A DNA stretch of 63,968 bases, the filler included, from Candidatus Omnitrophota bacterium (GTDB taxonomy: Bacteria > Omnitrophota > Gorgyraeia > Zapsychrales > Zapsychraceae): assembly GCA_015233495.1 (NCBI GenBank). It is 3 parts of 3 records of this genome, joined end to end, with 100 filler letters (N's around TTAATTAATTAA, not from the genome) between each part and the next. Parts side by side here need not be neighbours in the genome. Positions count along the whole stretch, not along the records: positions 1 to 21,930 come from JADFXQ010000029.1; positions 22,031 to 43,844 come from JADFXQ010000030.1; 1 more part is not named here. One strand, 5' to 3'. The notes beneath the pieces were generated by a model. It was not told where the DNA came from. It saw only the letters and a program-made list of their open reading frames with translations, and made no database searches. This document shows positions 18,362 through 28,105 of the stretch, in pieces (position 1 is the stretch's first letter; each line of letters begins with the position of its first letter). A program made the translations under genes and the position numbers.

Positions 18362-21300
18362 TTATTTGCAATAACAAGCGATGGTTTTGTCGGTGTCATC
18401 CCAATCCGTATTTTGATTATGGTGATAACAATAGGAGGTATTGCTGCTCATTTGTTCTTGGTTGGTATCATTATCATGACCGCAGGCGGATCCCCCAGTC
18501 AACAGCTTACAGATGGCATCGGATACGACGCAGCTTTCATCAAAGCCGCTGTTACACCATCTGCCGTTCACAAACCAGGATTTATCAATATTGGCCGGCC
18601 AACTTTCTCCTGAGGCGCAACTGCTGTTTCCTTGGAAGCGATCGGCTCCCGGTTGTCGGTTAATGGCATTGCAGACACTGCTGCAGGATGACGCGCCATT
18701 GTTTTGGAGCCAAACACCTTCCACGCATTTCCCTTGATAGTCGAAGGTCCCTGGCGCGCATTGACATGAGCCATCGATATTATCAAAAGACGGGGGGCAG
18801 CAAATTCCGTTTTGTTCCAGTTTTCCATCCGGGCAGCCGCAGGCGTTGTTTATTTTTATATATCCGTTTTTACAGGCCGCGGAACACGGCGGATTTTTGG
18901 CCGGATCCGCGGCGCATTGATCAATAACTGTGTATGCTTGGCTGGATGTAGCAGGAAGACGGCTGGCGCAAATTTGATATTTGTTCTCCGGTGGTGTAAC
19001 GCCGCAGCTATTGGCAGCGCAGGTATTTGAAGCGAACGCATAGCCGGAATCGCAATAATATTGACATTTTCGGGTAGCGCATTGTGTTGGGTTGACAACA
19101 CCGTTCCAATTGATGTCTCCGGGCAGATCGGTTTCTGTGGCAGGGCATTTTAGAGCGCCCAGCGGTAAATCGCCATTACAACGGGCGTTGATACATTCTT
19201 TTTGATCGGGCGTCATAATCATGCCTGCGGAGCAGTAAAATTTGCAGGGAATGAAATTATCACCTGCATAACAAGATTCTTGATTCGGACCGAGCGAATA
19301 GGTTCCCGGTGTCGTATCTCCCGGAGAACACTCGATAGCATTCACGGGCTTGTCACCTTTACAACCCATTTCGGAAGCCACGCAAGCGCCGTTTTTTAGC
19401 TCCATACCGTCCGCGCAGGTATATTCGCAAGTCGGATTCGCCGGGCAGCGCTCGACAATCGACACCGCTTGATTAACGCTGGTCGGATTTTGCGGTGGGC
19501 AAGGTTTGTATTTATCCGGCGGAACCGGGGCGTCCCCGCAGGAGGGTTTCGGGCAGTCGGAACAATTGGTATAGTCTTCGCCTAATGCCGGCTCGCAGGC
19601 GCCATTGCCGCAATGTTCAACGCAGTCCCGCGGATCCCACCCGTCGCAGGAAGAGTTGCAATGCAGTTGACCTTTGCCTTTTTCGTATTTCGCGTCGTAA
19701 GCGTCACAAGTCTTGCCGTTGAGATTTTCCGGCACGGTTGTGCCATTGCCCGGATCGCAGATTTCCGTGCCGGTGATTTTTCCGTCCCCGCAGAACAAAC
19801 ATCCATCCGTGTAAATGGTTTGGCAGTCGTCGGAACAGCGCAAAGTTCCGCCGGAGTATTTTCCTCCGCCGGGTAAAACCTGATTTTCGCAGGTCTGGCC
19901 GCCAAAATTTGTGAGGTCGCAGACTTTACCGCTCCCCGCGAATACTTGGCCGTCTCCGCAGTAAACACAATTTTTGGGGTCAAAACTGCAAGTGTCTTGA
20001 CAGCCGAGCGTGCCGCTGGTGTATCGGCCGGTTTTGCCGTTTGGCAAATTCACTTGACCCAAATCCGCGCAAGCTACCATATTTTGATGCGCGGCTTCTT
20101 TTCCGGCCAGGGTTTTATCGCCGTAATTTTTATAATCGCAATCTTCCGAGCGGTTCTTGATGCCGTCGCCGCAGTATTCGCATTGGCTGATATCATAACC
20201 GGAACAATCATCTTTGCATTTTAACGTGCCTTCACCGCCGGTTTCACTGGCACAGCTTTGGCCGCTCAAATCATTGCCGTCGCAAACTTCCCCGACCGTG
20301 GGGTTCACTTTACTATCTCCGCAGTAGGAGCAATTGCTGACATCAAAAGAGCAGTCATGTTTACAGCCGAGGATCCCGTCATTAAATGTTCCTGGCTTTC
20401 CATTTGGTAAAGTCACTTGGCCCAAATCCACGCAATTGACCGCGTTTTGATGCGCGGCTTCTTTTCCCGCCAGAATTTGGCTTCCGTAATTGGCGTAATC
20501 GCATTCTTCTTTCAAGTTTTTGACCCCGTCGCCGCAATATTCGCATTCGGTTAAATCATAGCCGCTGCAATCGTTCTTGCATTTTAACGTGCCCACCCCG
20601 CCGGTTTGCGACGCGCAGGTTTCGCCGTTCAAATCCGGATCGATTTTACCAGCCGGGTCACCCGGATCGCATACTTCCATTTCCGTGGTGATTCCGTCCC
20701 CGCATTTGCAATTCACGCCGCAGCTCAAGGTTTCGGTTTCCGCGGGATTGCCGTTGCTGTCTTTACAGGGATCGCCTTTTTCATAAGTTCCGTCGGAAGG
20801 ACCGGGATTATTACAGGCGCGGGTTTTGGTGCTGGTCATACCGCGCTGCACACATTGTTTATCGTTTGATTTTGATTTTAAAATATACGGACATATACTG
20901 AATTCCGACCATTTTCCATCCACTTTACACATAACGGTTTCCTGCATCATGAACGTTTGATTAGGATCCACGCCGCCAATACATTCGCGGCCGCCATTTG
21001 CCGGCGCGGGGGTATTGCAATAACGGGTTTCTTTGCCGCCTTTGATATTATTTTTACAATCCTCGTCTTTTTGCCAATCTCCCCAACCGCCATTTACCGC
21101 GCAAGGCTGAGTATGGATAACCCGGGTGGCGGCATCGCCGTTAGGGTCAGCTAGGCAATCCGCAGATTTGGCATAGGGCTTAATACACGACCGAATTTGC
21201 TGGCAGCCGTCGCAAAGAATTTGCGTGCAATCGTATCCTGGCGCGTCTTGCCACTCCGCCCAATATCCCGGTGGGCAAGCTTGGGTGTTACAAGCCCGCG

Positions 21301-21928
21301 GTGTTCCGGCCGGTAAGCAGGGTTTTCCGGTTGCATCCGGCGCTTGCGCCGGAGGATCAGTTGTCACCTGCTGTGTTCCCCCGCCGCAGGGTTGATCGCA
21401 AGCGCTCCAGGTTTCAATACAATCTTTGGGCAGGTTATCGCGCGTTCGGCTGGCAATGTCTCCGGTGCCAGCATTCCCAGGTGTACTGCTTGGGCTGGCA
21501 GCTGAGGTGGAGGAAGCATTCTTCGGACAAGCGCTGTTATCTGTGCAATCTGTGGTGGCTAGACTGAGGTCGCAGGCCGCGCCTCCGTTGGTTGCCGGGA
21601 TATAACTCCGGGTTTTGGTCCCGGTTCCGCACGTTGTTGAACAGGACCCCCAAGCCAGCCATTCGCAATTTTTTTTCGGAGCGTCCAAATGACATCCGCC
21701 GCAGTCCGCGCAACAGGTTTCGGGAGTCTCGTTTGGTTCGCAAATCCCGTCGCCACAAGGGTTAGGTTTACCGGCGATTCCGGCAGTTGCCCGGTTAAAA
21801 TAAATCCCGGCCTTGGCTTTGGTTTTGGGTAAAAAAGACTTGAGCCCAATCAGCGTTACTGCCACGACACTGGTTAGTACCAGCATATATTCGACAACAG
21901 TCTGCGCTTTGGATTTGGCGTATCGCAT
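18362..21928 (-). CDS. Flp/Tad prepilin-like protein with thrombospondin type-1 and Cys-rich repeats (1188 aa; start abuts contig end)
   Basis: KAQTVVEY plus hydrophobic helix; WLAWGSCSTTCGTGTKTR, WSACDQPCGGGTQ, VNGGWGDW, VDGKWSEFS; several CGDG...E-x-CD repeats. Confidence 0.8.
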   Translation of the reverse strand: MRYAKSKAQTVVEYMLVLTSVVAVTLIGLKSFLPKTKAKAGIYFNRATAGIAGKPNPCGDGICEPNETPETCCADCGGCHLDAPKKNCEWLAWGSCSTTCGTGTKTRSYIPATNGGAACDLSLATTDCTDNSACPKNASSTSAASPSSTPGNAGTGDIASRTRDNLPKDCIETWSACDQPCGGGTQQVTTDPPAQAPDATGKPCLPAGTPRACNTQACPPGYWAEWQDAPGYDCTQILCDGCQQIRSCIKPYAKSADCLADPNGDAATRVIHTQPCAVNGGWGDWQKDEDCKNNIKGGKETRYCNTPAPANGGRECIGGVDPNQTFMMQETVMCKVDGKWSEFSICPYILKSKSNDKQCVQRGMTSTKTRACNNPGPSDGTYEKGDPCKDSNGNPAETETLSCGVNCKCGDGITTEMEVCDPGDPAGKIDPDLNGETCASQTGGVGTLKCKNDCSGYDLTECEYCGDGVKNLKEECDYANYGSQILAGKEAAHQNAVNCVDLGQVTLPNGKPGTFNDGILGCKHDCSFDVSNCSYCGDSKVNPTVGEVCDGNDLSGQSCASETGGEGTLKCKDDCSGYDISQCEYCGDGIKNRSEDCDYKNYGDKTLAGKEAAHQNMVACADLGQVNLPNGKTGRYTSGTLGCQDTCSFDPKNCVYCGDGQVFAGSGKVCDLTNFGGQTCENQVLPGGGKYSGGTLRCSDDCQTIYTDGCLFCGDGKITGTEICDPGNGTTVPENLNGKTCDAYDAKYEKGKGQLHCNSSCDGWDPRDCVEHCGNGACEPALGEDYTNCSDCPKPSCGDAPVPPDKYKPCPPQNPTSVNQAVSIVERCPANPTCEYTCADGMELKNGACVASEMGCKGDKPVNAIECSPGDTTPGTYSLGPNQESCYAGDNFIPCKFYCSAGMIMTPDQKECINARCNGDLPLGALKCPATETDLPGDINWNGVVNPTQCATRKCQYYCDSGYAFASNTCAANSCGVTPPENKYQICASRLPATSSQAYTVIDQCAADPAKNPPCSAACKNGYIKINNACGCPDGKLEQNGICCPPSFDNIDGSCQCAPGTFDYQGKCVEGVWLQNNGASSCSSVCNAINRQPGADRFQGNSSCASGESWPANIDKSWFVNGRWCNSGFDESCVVSDAICKLLTGGSACGHDNDTNQEQMSSNTSYCYHHNQNTDWDDTDKTIACYCK

Positions 21929-21930
21929 AT

Positions 21931-22030
21931 NNNNNNNNNNNNNNNNNNNNNNNNNNNNNNNNNNNNNNNNNNNNTTAATTAATTAANNNNNNNNNNNNNN
22001 NNNNNNNNNNNNNNNNNNNNNNNNNNNNNN
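21931..22030. other. Artificial contig linker
   Basis: N run with TTAATTAATTAA (21975-21986), which gives stops in all six frames. Confidence 0.97.
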
Positions 22031-22031
22031 G

Positions 22032-22373
22032 GGCATGGAACGGATGATTTTGGCTTTAGGGGGCCAGGCGCTGCCTCAAACGGAAAATCCTTTGGTGTAT
22101 CTGGTTGCTTTGGATGAGGCGTCGCTGGCGGAAATGTTTGTCGTCCTGGATCAGGCGCGCGCCGCGGGTATCCCGGCGGATATGTCGTATAAACTTGCTT
22201 CGATGAAAAGTCTGATGCGCGCCGCGGATAAAAGCGGCGCGGTTTTTGTGGGCATTATGGGCGAGAATGAACGCGCTGTCGGGCAGGTCAGTGTTAAGAA
22301 TTTGAAAACCGGAGATCAAGGTTTAATCGCGAAACCGGCTTTGGTGGATTTTTTGCTCGGAGCAAAAATGTAG
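22032..22373 (+). CDS. hisS: Histidine--tRNA ligase, 3' fragment
   Basis: GMERMIL motif 3 plus anticodon-binding domain; directly upstream of aspS. Confidence 0.88.
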   Translation, partial: GMERMILALGGQALPQTENPLVYLVALDEASLAEMFVVLDQARAAGIPADMSYKLASMKSLMRAADKSGAVFVGIMGENERAVGQVSVKNLKTGDQGLIAKPALVDFLLGAKM

Positions 22374-22441
22374 GAGCGCCCCTCGCTTGCCGGCAGGTGT
22401 CCTGCTAAGGGGATTGGGCCGGCACCCGGTTGGGCGCCTAC
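22370..22441. repeat. Degenerate GTAG-type REP-like palindrome
   Basis: GTAGGAGCGCCCC ... GGGCGCCTAC; supplies the hisS TAG stop. Confidence 0.6.
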
Positions 22442-22478
22442 GCACAATTTTGACAGCAATAATGGGGAGAGAAAATTT

Positions 22479-23876
22479 ATGTTACGCACGCACACCTGCG
22501 GGGAATTGCGCAAGGAAATGGGGAATCAGACTGTGACGCTTTGCGGCTGGGTCGCGGCGCGCCGGGACCATGGAAAATTGATTTTTATTGATGTGCGCGA
22601 CCGCTATGGGTTAACGCAAGTGGTTTTTGTGCCGTCGGTAAGCAAAACGGCGCACGATACAGCGCAGAAATTAGGGCCGGAATTCGTCGTAAAGGTTACG
22701 GGCAAGGTCGCGGTGCGTCCGCCGAAAATGGTCAATCCGGATTTGCCGACCGGCGAAATTGAAGTCTGCGCGGAACAATTGGAGATTTTGAATTCCAGTC
22801 TGGTTCCGGCGTTTGAAATCGATGACAAGGTGGAGGTTTCGGAAGAGGTTAAGTTGGCGTACCGCTATTTGGATTTGCGGCGGCCCAAGGTCGCGAAAAT
22901 TTTGCAAACGCGGCATAAGCTTTGCTCGGTGATCCGGTCATTTTTATACGAGGAGAACTTTTTGGAAGTCGAAACTCCGGTGTTGACCAAATCCACGCCG
23001 GAAGGGGCGCGGGATTTTTTGGTGCCGGCGCGGTTGAACCCGGGCAAGTTTTACGCTTTGCCGCAGTCCCCGCAATTGTTTAAGCAGATGCTGATGGTCT
23101 CCGGGTTTGACCGGTATTTCCAGATCGTCAAGTGTTTCCGAGACGAGGATTTACGCGCCGACCGCCAGCCGGAATTCACTCAGCTTGATATGGAAATGTC
23201 GTTCGTCGAGGAAGAAGATATTTTCGCTTTGACCGAGCGGCTGTATCAGAAGATTTTTAAAGAGATTAAAGGCATTGATTTGCCGATCCCGTTTCCCCGC
23301 ATGACCCACGCTGAGGCAATGGCCAAATATAAGTCGGATAAACCCGATATCCGTCAGCCGGGGCAGGAGTTCGCGTTTTTGTGGGTGGTGGATTTTCCGA
23401 TGTTTCATTATAACGAGGAAGAGAAACGCTGGGAAAGCGAGCACCATCCGTTTACCTCAATCCGGGAAGAATTTCTGCCGTTGTTGGAGCAAGGCGAATA
23501 CGCGAGGATAACCGCGCGCTCTTATGACTTGGTTTTAAACGGCAGTGAGATCGGCAGCGGGTCGATACGTATTCATAAAAAAGATATGCAGAAAAAAATA
23601 TTTGATATAATAGGGCTTAATGCCCAGGAAGCGCAGCAGCGCTTCGGCTTTCTTTTAAAGGCGTTTGAATATGGCGCTCCGCCGCACGCCGGCGTGGCTT
23701 ATGGAATTGACCGGTTGACTATGCTTTTAACCGGCGCGGAATCGATTCGCGACACCATTGCTTTTCCGAAAACGCAAAAAGGCAGTTGTTTGGTCACGGA
23801 CGCGCCGTCGGATGTGGATGAAAAACAACTTTTAGAATTGGGAGTCATGGCGATTAAACGATCTGAAGATCAATAA
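22479..23876 (+). CDS. aspS: Aspartate--tRNA ligase, short form lacking the GAD domain
   Basis: MLRTHTCGEL, RRDHG, STPEGARDF, CFRDEDLRADRQPEFTQLD, GAPPHAG, IAFPK. Confidence 0.96.
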   Translation: MLRTHTCGELRKEMGNQTVTLCGWVAARRDHGKLIFIDVRDRYGLTQVVFVPSVSKTAHDTAQKLGPEFVVKVTGKVAVRPPKMVNPDLPTGEIEVCAEQLEILNSSLVPAFEIDDKVEVSEEVKLAYRYLDLRRPKVAKILQTRHKLCSVIRSFLYEENFLEVETPVLTKSTPEGARDFLVPARLNPGKFYALPQSPQLFKQMLMVSGFDRYFQIVKCFRDEDLRADRQPEFTQLDMEMSFVEEEDIFALTERLYQKIFKEIKGIDLPIPFPRMTHAEAMAKYKSDKPDIRQPGQEFAFLWVVDFPMFHYNEEEKRWESEHHPFTSIREEFLPLLEQGEYARITARSYDLVLNGSEIGSGSIRIHKKDMQKKIFDIIGLNAQEAQQRFGFLLKAFEYGAPPHAGVAYGIDRLTMLLTGAESIRDTIAFPKTQKGSCLVTDAPSDVDEKQLLELGVMAIKRSEDQ

Positions 23877-23925
23877 AGGGATAAGGTTTTTCGGTGTCCC
23901 CCATACTGAAAAAGAGGAGTTCAAG

Positions 23926-24531
23926 ATGAATCGTCGTCACAATTTAATCTGGGTAGTGGTTTTTGTGTTTGTCGCGGGTGGGTGCGCCACGGGAAAAAAG
24001 CTGGATGTCAAAGTTTATTCCCAGGATATGCCGCGCGTTGATCAGGATTTGGAAGGGAATCATGGGTATGTGATGGGAACTGCGAAAGACGCTCCCGCGA
24101 ACGACGTAAAGAAAACTCGGCGGATTTATGTTTTAGACGTACTGAAAGAAACCGACAATGTTCCGGTATCGCATAAACAGATTAAGGAAGACGGCGCGAC
24201 GGCCGCGATTACGCCTGCGGGCGCGGCTGCCGAAGAGCCTGCGGCACAAAATGCGGACGCGTCACCGGCGGTAGTGATCCCGAATTTGGATGAAGTTCAA
24301 CCCTTAGCGCCGAAGGGAAAGTCCTCCGCGGGAAACTCTGCCCGGCCGGCTGCTTTAGCGGGCGGTGAAAAGGAATACAAGATCGAGAAAGATGACACCT
24401 TGCAGAAGATTTCGAAGAAATTTTTTCATACCTATGGCAAGTGGTTAAAAATTTATAACGCGAATAAAGACGTGATCAAAGATCCGAACCGTTTGAAGCC
24501 GGGCACAATGATCCGGATCCCGAATATTTAA
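23926..24531 (+). CDS. LysM-domain lipoprotein
   Basis: Lipobox-like VAGGC; C-terminal YKIEKDDTLQKISKKF...IYNAN...LKPGTMIRIP. Confidence 0.85.
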   Translation: MNRRHNLIWVVVFVFVAGGCATGKKLDVKVYSQDMPRVDQDLEGNHGYVMGTAKDAPANDVKKTRRIYVLDVLKETDNVPVSHKQIKEDGATAAITPAGAAAEEPAAQNADASPAVVIPNLDEVQPLAPKGKSSAGNSARPAALAGGEKEYKIEKDDTLQKISKKFFHTYGKWLKIYNANKDVIKDPNRLKPGTMIRIPNI

Positions 24532-24551
24532 TTTGTTTATCGAGGACATCC

Positions 24552-25496
24552 ATGGATCAATTGATTCAAATCAATGATAATAAAAATTTGCAGGTTGTTT
24601 TTGGCAAATATGACAGCAATCTGAAATTCATCGAGAAAGAATTGCAAGTGCGTTTGAGCCGCGACAGTCAAGGGGTGCGGCTCTCCGGAGCGAGTCCGGA
24701 ATTGGTGCATAAGGCGGTGGAGTTGTTCCATTATTTGCTGGAACTCGCCAAGACTGGGTCGGAGGTCAAGAGCCGCGATATAATTTATGCCTTGCGGCTA
24801 TTGCAGACCGAGCAGGGACTGGATTTCAAAAAATTGTCGAAAGGCAAGATTGAGATCCCGGTCCGCGGGATGATTGTCACGCCCAAGACGAAAGGCCAGC
24901 TCGATTATGTCGAGGCGATTAAGATTTATGATATTGTTTTTGGCATCGGTCCGGCGGGCACGGGAAAAACCTATCTCGCCATGGCCATGGCGGTCAACGC
25001 TTTACAACGCGGTTTGGTGCGCCGGATCATTTTGACCCGCCCGGCTATCGAGGCAGGCGAGAGTCTGGGATTTTTGCCGGGAGATATGGTGGAAAAGGTT
25101 TCGCCGTATCTGCGGCCGCTTTATGATGCCTTGCATGATATGATGGAAGCGGACAAGGTTGAGGAGCTGACCGAACAGGGAATCATTGAGGTCGCGCCTT
25201 TGGCGTTTATGCGTGGCCGCACGCTCAATGACGCGTTCGTGATTTTGGATGAGGCCCAGAACAGCACGCCGTTTCAGATGAAAATGTTTTTGACCCGTCT
25301 GGGATTTGACTCGAAAACGGTCATTACCGGAGACTTGACGCAGAGCGATCTTCCCAACGGCTCGCCGAACGGTTTGGCCGAAGCGGAAAAAATCCTGAAA
25401 ACCGTGGAAGGGATCAAATTCATGTATCTTACCGGCGCGGACGTGGTGCGGCATGAACTGGTGCAAAGGATCATTGAAGCTTATGAGCGCCAATAA
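24552..25496 (+). CDS. phoH: PhoH-family ATPase
   Basis: GPAGTGKTYLA, LGFLPGD, FMRGRTLN, DEAQN, VVRHELV. Confidence 0.95.
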   Translation: MDQLIQINDNKNLQVVFGKYDSNLKFIEKELQVRLSRDSQGVRLSGASPELVHKAVELFHYLLELAKTGSEVKSRDIIYALRLLQTEQGLDFKKLSKGKIEIPVRGMIVTPKTKGQLDYVEAIKIYDIVFGIGPAGTGKTYLAMAMAVNALQRGLVRRIILTRPAIEAGESLGFLPGDMVEKVSPYLRPLYDALHDMMEADKVEELTEQGIIEVAPLAFMRGRTLNDAFVILDEAQNSTPFQMKMFLTRLGFDSKTVITGDLTQSDLPNGSPNGLAEAEKILKTVEGIKFMYLTGADVVRHELVQRIIEAYERQ

Positions 25497-26868
25497 AATC
25501 GGGAAAATGAACGCGTCTTCAGTTCCCGCGTCTTGGGCCGGACATCTGGCGGCCTTGTTGGCTTTCGCTTTGGTCTGTTTTTTTTGCGTGTTGATGGGCT
25601 ATTCTTTAGGCGTGCCCTTAGTTTTGTTGTTCGTCGGCGCGCATCTGCATTGTGTAAAAAAGGTTTCTTTCCGCCGGTTTCTCCACGTGGGTTTTTTATT
25701 GACGTTAATTTTGTTTGCCGCGTTTTCGATTGATCATTATACGGACATCTCTTCTTATTATATCCCGGTTGCCAGCGTTTCTATGCTTGCGATGCTGCTG
25801 TTTAATGACCCGGAACTGGCGTTTATTTTGTCATTCACTTCGAGTTTTTTAGTGACGCAGGTCTTGGGCGGCGGGTTTGGCATGATGTCGATCTTTTTTA
25901 TCGGCGGGTTAACCGGCGCCTACGCTGTGGAGGGGGCCCGGACGCGCGGGCATTTGATCGCGGCGGGATTGTTTATCAGCGCTATGCAATTGGTCGCGGC
26001 GTTCGCTACGCATTACGGCCACGGAGTTTTTTTAACCCATGATTTTGCCGCGCGGATGATTTATCCCTTGGCTTGGAACGGTTTTATCGCAACGTTCGCC
26101 ACCGCGGCAACGTTAAAGATTTTTGAGTATCTTTTCCGGACGCTGACGAATTTTAGTTTACTGGAATTGTCGGATTTCAATCAGCCTTTGCTGCGCCGGA
26201 TGATCTTGGAGGCTCCGGGGACCTATCATCACAGTTTAGTGGTGAGCAATCTGGCGGAAGCGGCGGCCAACGCGGTCGGCGCGAATGGTCTTTTAGCGCG
26301 GGTCGGCGCCTATTATCATGACACGGGCAAGCTCTCCAAGCCGGGATATTTCACGGAAAACCAGATGGTCGGCGGGAATAAACACGATGATATTGAGCCG
26401 TCAATGAGCCGGTTGGTTATTTTAAATCATGTGAAAGAAGGTTTGGAAATCGCCAAGAAATACCGGCTGAACCCGATCATTTTGGCTTTTATCGTCCAGC
26501 ATCACGGCACGGGATTAGTTTATTATTTTTACAAAAAGGCTTTGGAAAACGCCACTCTCGGCGAAGCGATTGATGAAGGTGATTTTCGTTATCCCGGGCC
26601 TAAACCGCAAACCCGGGAGACCGCGATTGTTTCTTTAGCGGATTCCGCGGAAGCCGCGGTGCGCGGTATTGAAGAGCCCAACCTTTCCAAAATCGAAGCC
26701 ACGGTTAAACGGGTTATCAATAACAAGTTCATTGATGGCCAATTGGATGAATGTCCGCTGACGCTCAAGGACATCAACGCCATCACCGATACCTTTATCC
26801 GCATCTTGGGCGCCATGTACCATTCCCGCGTCCGCTATCCAGAAAAGAAAAATGTACATAACGGTTGA
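25483..26868 (+). CDS. Membrane HD/HDIG phosphohydrolase (PgpH-like)
   Basis: APGTYHHS, GAYYHD, YFTENQ, HHGT, YPGPKP; multi-TM N-terminus without a large extracellular domain. Confidence 0.88.
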   Translation: MSANKIGKMNASSVPASWAGHLAALLAFALVCFFCVLMGYSLGVPLVLLFVGAHLHCVKKVSFRRFLHVGFLLTLILFAAFSIDHYTDISSYYIPVASVSMLAMLLFNDPELAFILSFTSSFLVTQVLGGGFGMMSIFFIGGLTGAYAVEGARTRGHLIAAGLFISAMQLVAAFATHYGHGVFLTHDFAARMIYPLAWNGFIATFATAATLKIFEYLFRTLTNFSLLELSDFNQPLLRRMILEAPGTYHHSLVVSNLAEAAANAVGANGLLARVGAYYHDTGKLSKPGYFTENQMVGGNKHDDIEPSMSRLVILNHVKEGLEIAKKYRLNPIILAFIVQHHGTGLVYYFYKKALENATLGEAIDEGDFRYPGPKPQTRETAIVSLADSAEAAVRGIEEPNLSKIEATVKRVINNKFIDGQLDECPLTLKDINAITDTFIRILGAMYHSRVRYPEKKNVHNG

Positions 26869-27313
26869 AAATCAGCAGAGCCAAATCCGCCTTGACTCTC
26901 GCCGGGTTGAAAAAATGATCCGGGTGATTTTCCGGCGGGAAAAAATTGCGACGGCGCGTTTGAACGTTATTTTTGTGTCCCGGCAAAAAATTACGGCGCT
27001 GAATCGGCGGTTTTTGCGGCAGAACCAAGCCACGGATGTGATCGCGTTTGATTTGACGCCGGAGCGTTTGTCGTATCAAAGGCAAAGCGCGCCGAAAGGG
27101 GCGATTCGCGAGGTATGGGGTGATATTTTTATCTCGGTGGATGCCGCGGTTCGGCAAAGCCGGGAATTTCGCACTACGGTTGATTATGAGTTGAAGTTAT
27201 ACGTCGCGCATGGGATTTTGCATTTATTGGGTTATGATGATCACGCGCCGGGAGATATCAGGCTGATGCGGGCCAAGGAAGCGGCGCTTATGGATTTAGT
27301 AAATCGGCAATGA
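26852..27313 (+). CDS. ybeY: rRNA maturation endoribonuclease YbeY
   Basis: TDVIAF, GDIFIS, HGILHLLGYDD. Confidence 0.95.
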   Translation: MYITVENQQSQIRLDSRRVEKMIRVIFRREKIATARLNVIFVSRQKITALNRRFLRQNQATDVIAFDLTPERLSYQRQSAPKGAIREVWGDIFISVDAAVRQSREFRTTVDYELKLYVAHGILHLLGYDDHAPGDIRLMRAKEAALMDLVNRQ

Positions 27314-28047
27314 TCATTCAGACGGAAGGCATCATTCTTAAAACGTACGATCTGCGCGAGACCAGCAAGCTCGCGGTGTTTTACACGCCGCGGCATGGCA
27401 AGGTCAAAGGCGTTTTGAAGGGGATCCGCAAAGACCCGCGCAAATTCGGCAGTCACGCTGATCGGTTTTCGATCAATGACATTGTCTATTATCAGTACAG
27501 CCGCAGTGATATTCACCTCATCAGCCAATGCGATTTGAAGCAGTTTTTTTTCCCGATCCGGCAGGATTATCGCAAGACTTTAGCGGCGCATTATTTTTTG
27601 GAACTGATCGACGCGGTGATGCCGTCGGAACACGCCCAGGCCGGGATTTATCGTTTAACGTTGGACGCCTTAAACGCGCTGGAACAAACCAAAGATATTG
27701 ACCGACTGGTCCACGTTTTTCAGATCAAGATTCTCAACTTATCCGGGTTTCGTCCGCATATTGACGCGTGCGTGCGCTGTAACCGGCGGATCGACGGCCG
27801 TTCGCGGTTCAGCCTGGCGCTGGGCGGCATGGTCTGCGGCCGTTGTCCCGCGCCGGACACGGCGTATATCCTGATTTCCCCGGGCGCGGTTTCCTCGATT
27901 CTGTATATTGAACGCGCCGCGTGGGAAGAGGCCTTGCGCCTGGGGCTGACGATCAGCATCCGCCGGGAATTGAAATATATTTTAAATAATTTTTTGGTTT
28001 ATCATTTGGAACGGAAGATCAAAAGCGCGCGTTATCTTTTGTTGTAA
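27310..28047 (+). CDS. recO: DNA repair protein RecO
   Basis: TEGIIL, HGKVKG, C4 zinc finger CVRC...CGRC; conserved phoH-HD-ybeY-recO order. Confidence 0.92.
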   Translation: MIIQTEGIILKTYDLRETSKLAVFYTPRHGKVKGVLKGIRKDPRKFGSHADRFSINDIVYYQYSRSDIHLISQCDLKQFFFPIRQDYRKTLAAHYFLELIDAVMPSEHAQAGIYRLTLDALNALEQTKDIDRLVHVFQIKILNLSGFRPHIDACVRCNRRIDGRSRFSLALGGMVCGRCPAPDTAYILISPGAVSSILYIERAAWEEALRLGLTISIRRELKYILNNFLVYHLERKIKSARYLLL

Positions 28048-28105
28048 ATTTGTGTTAAAATACTGACGTGGGAATCATTCCCGCGCTCAAAGAAAGGAAA
28101 GGCTT

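Noticed and set aside
21931..22030. TTAATTAATTAA palindrome within Ns (also 43845-43944)
   Set aside because: Artificial six-frame-stop contig joiner; synteny across it has no biological meaning.
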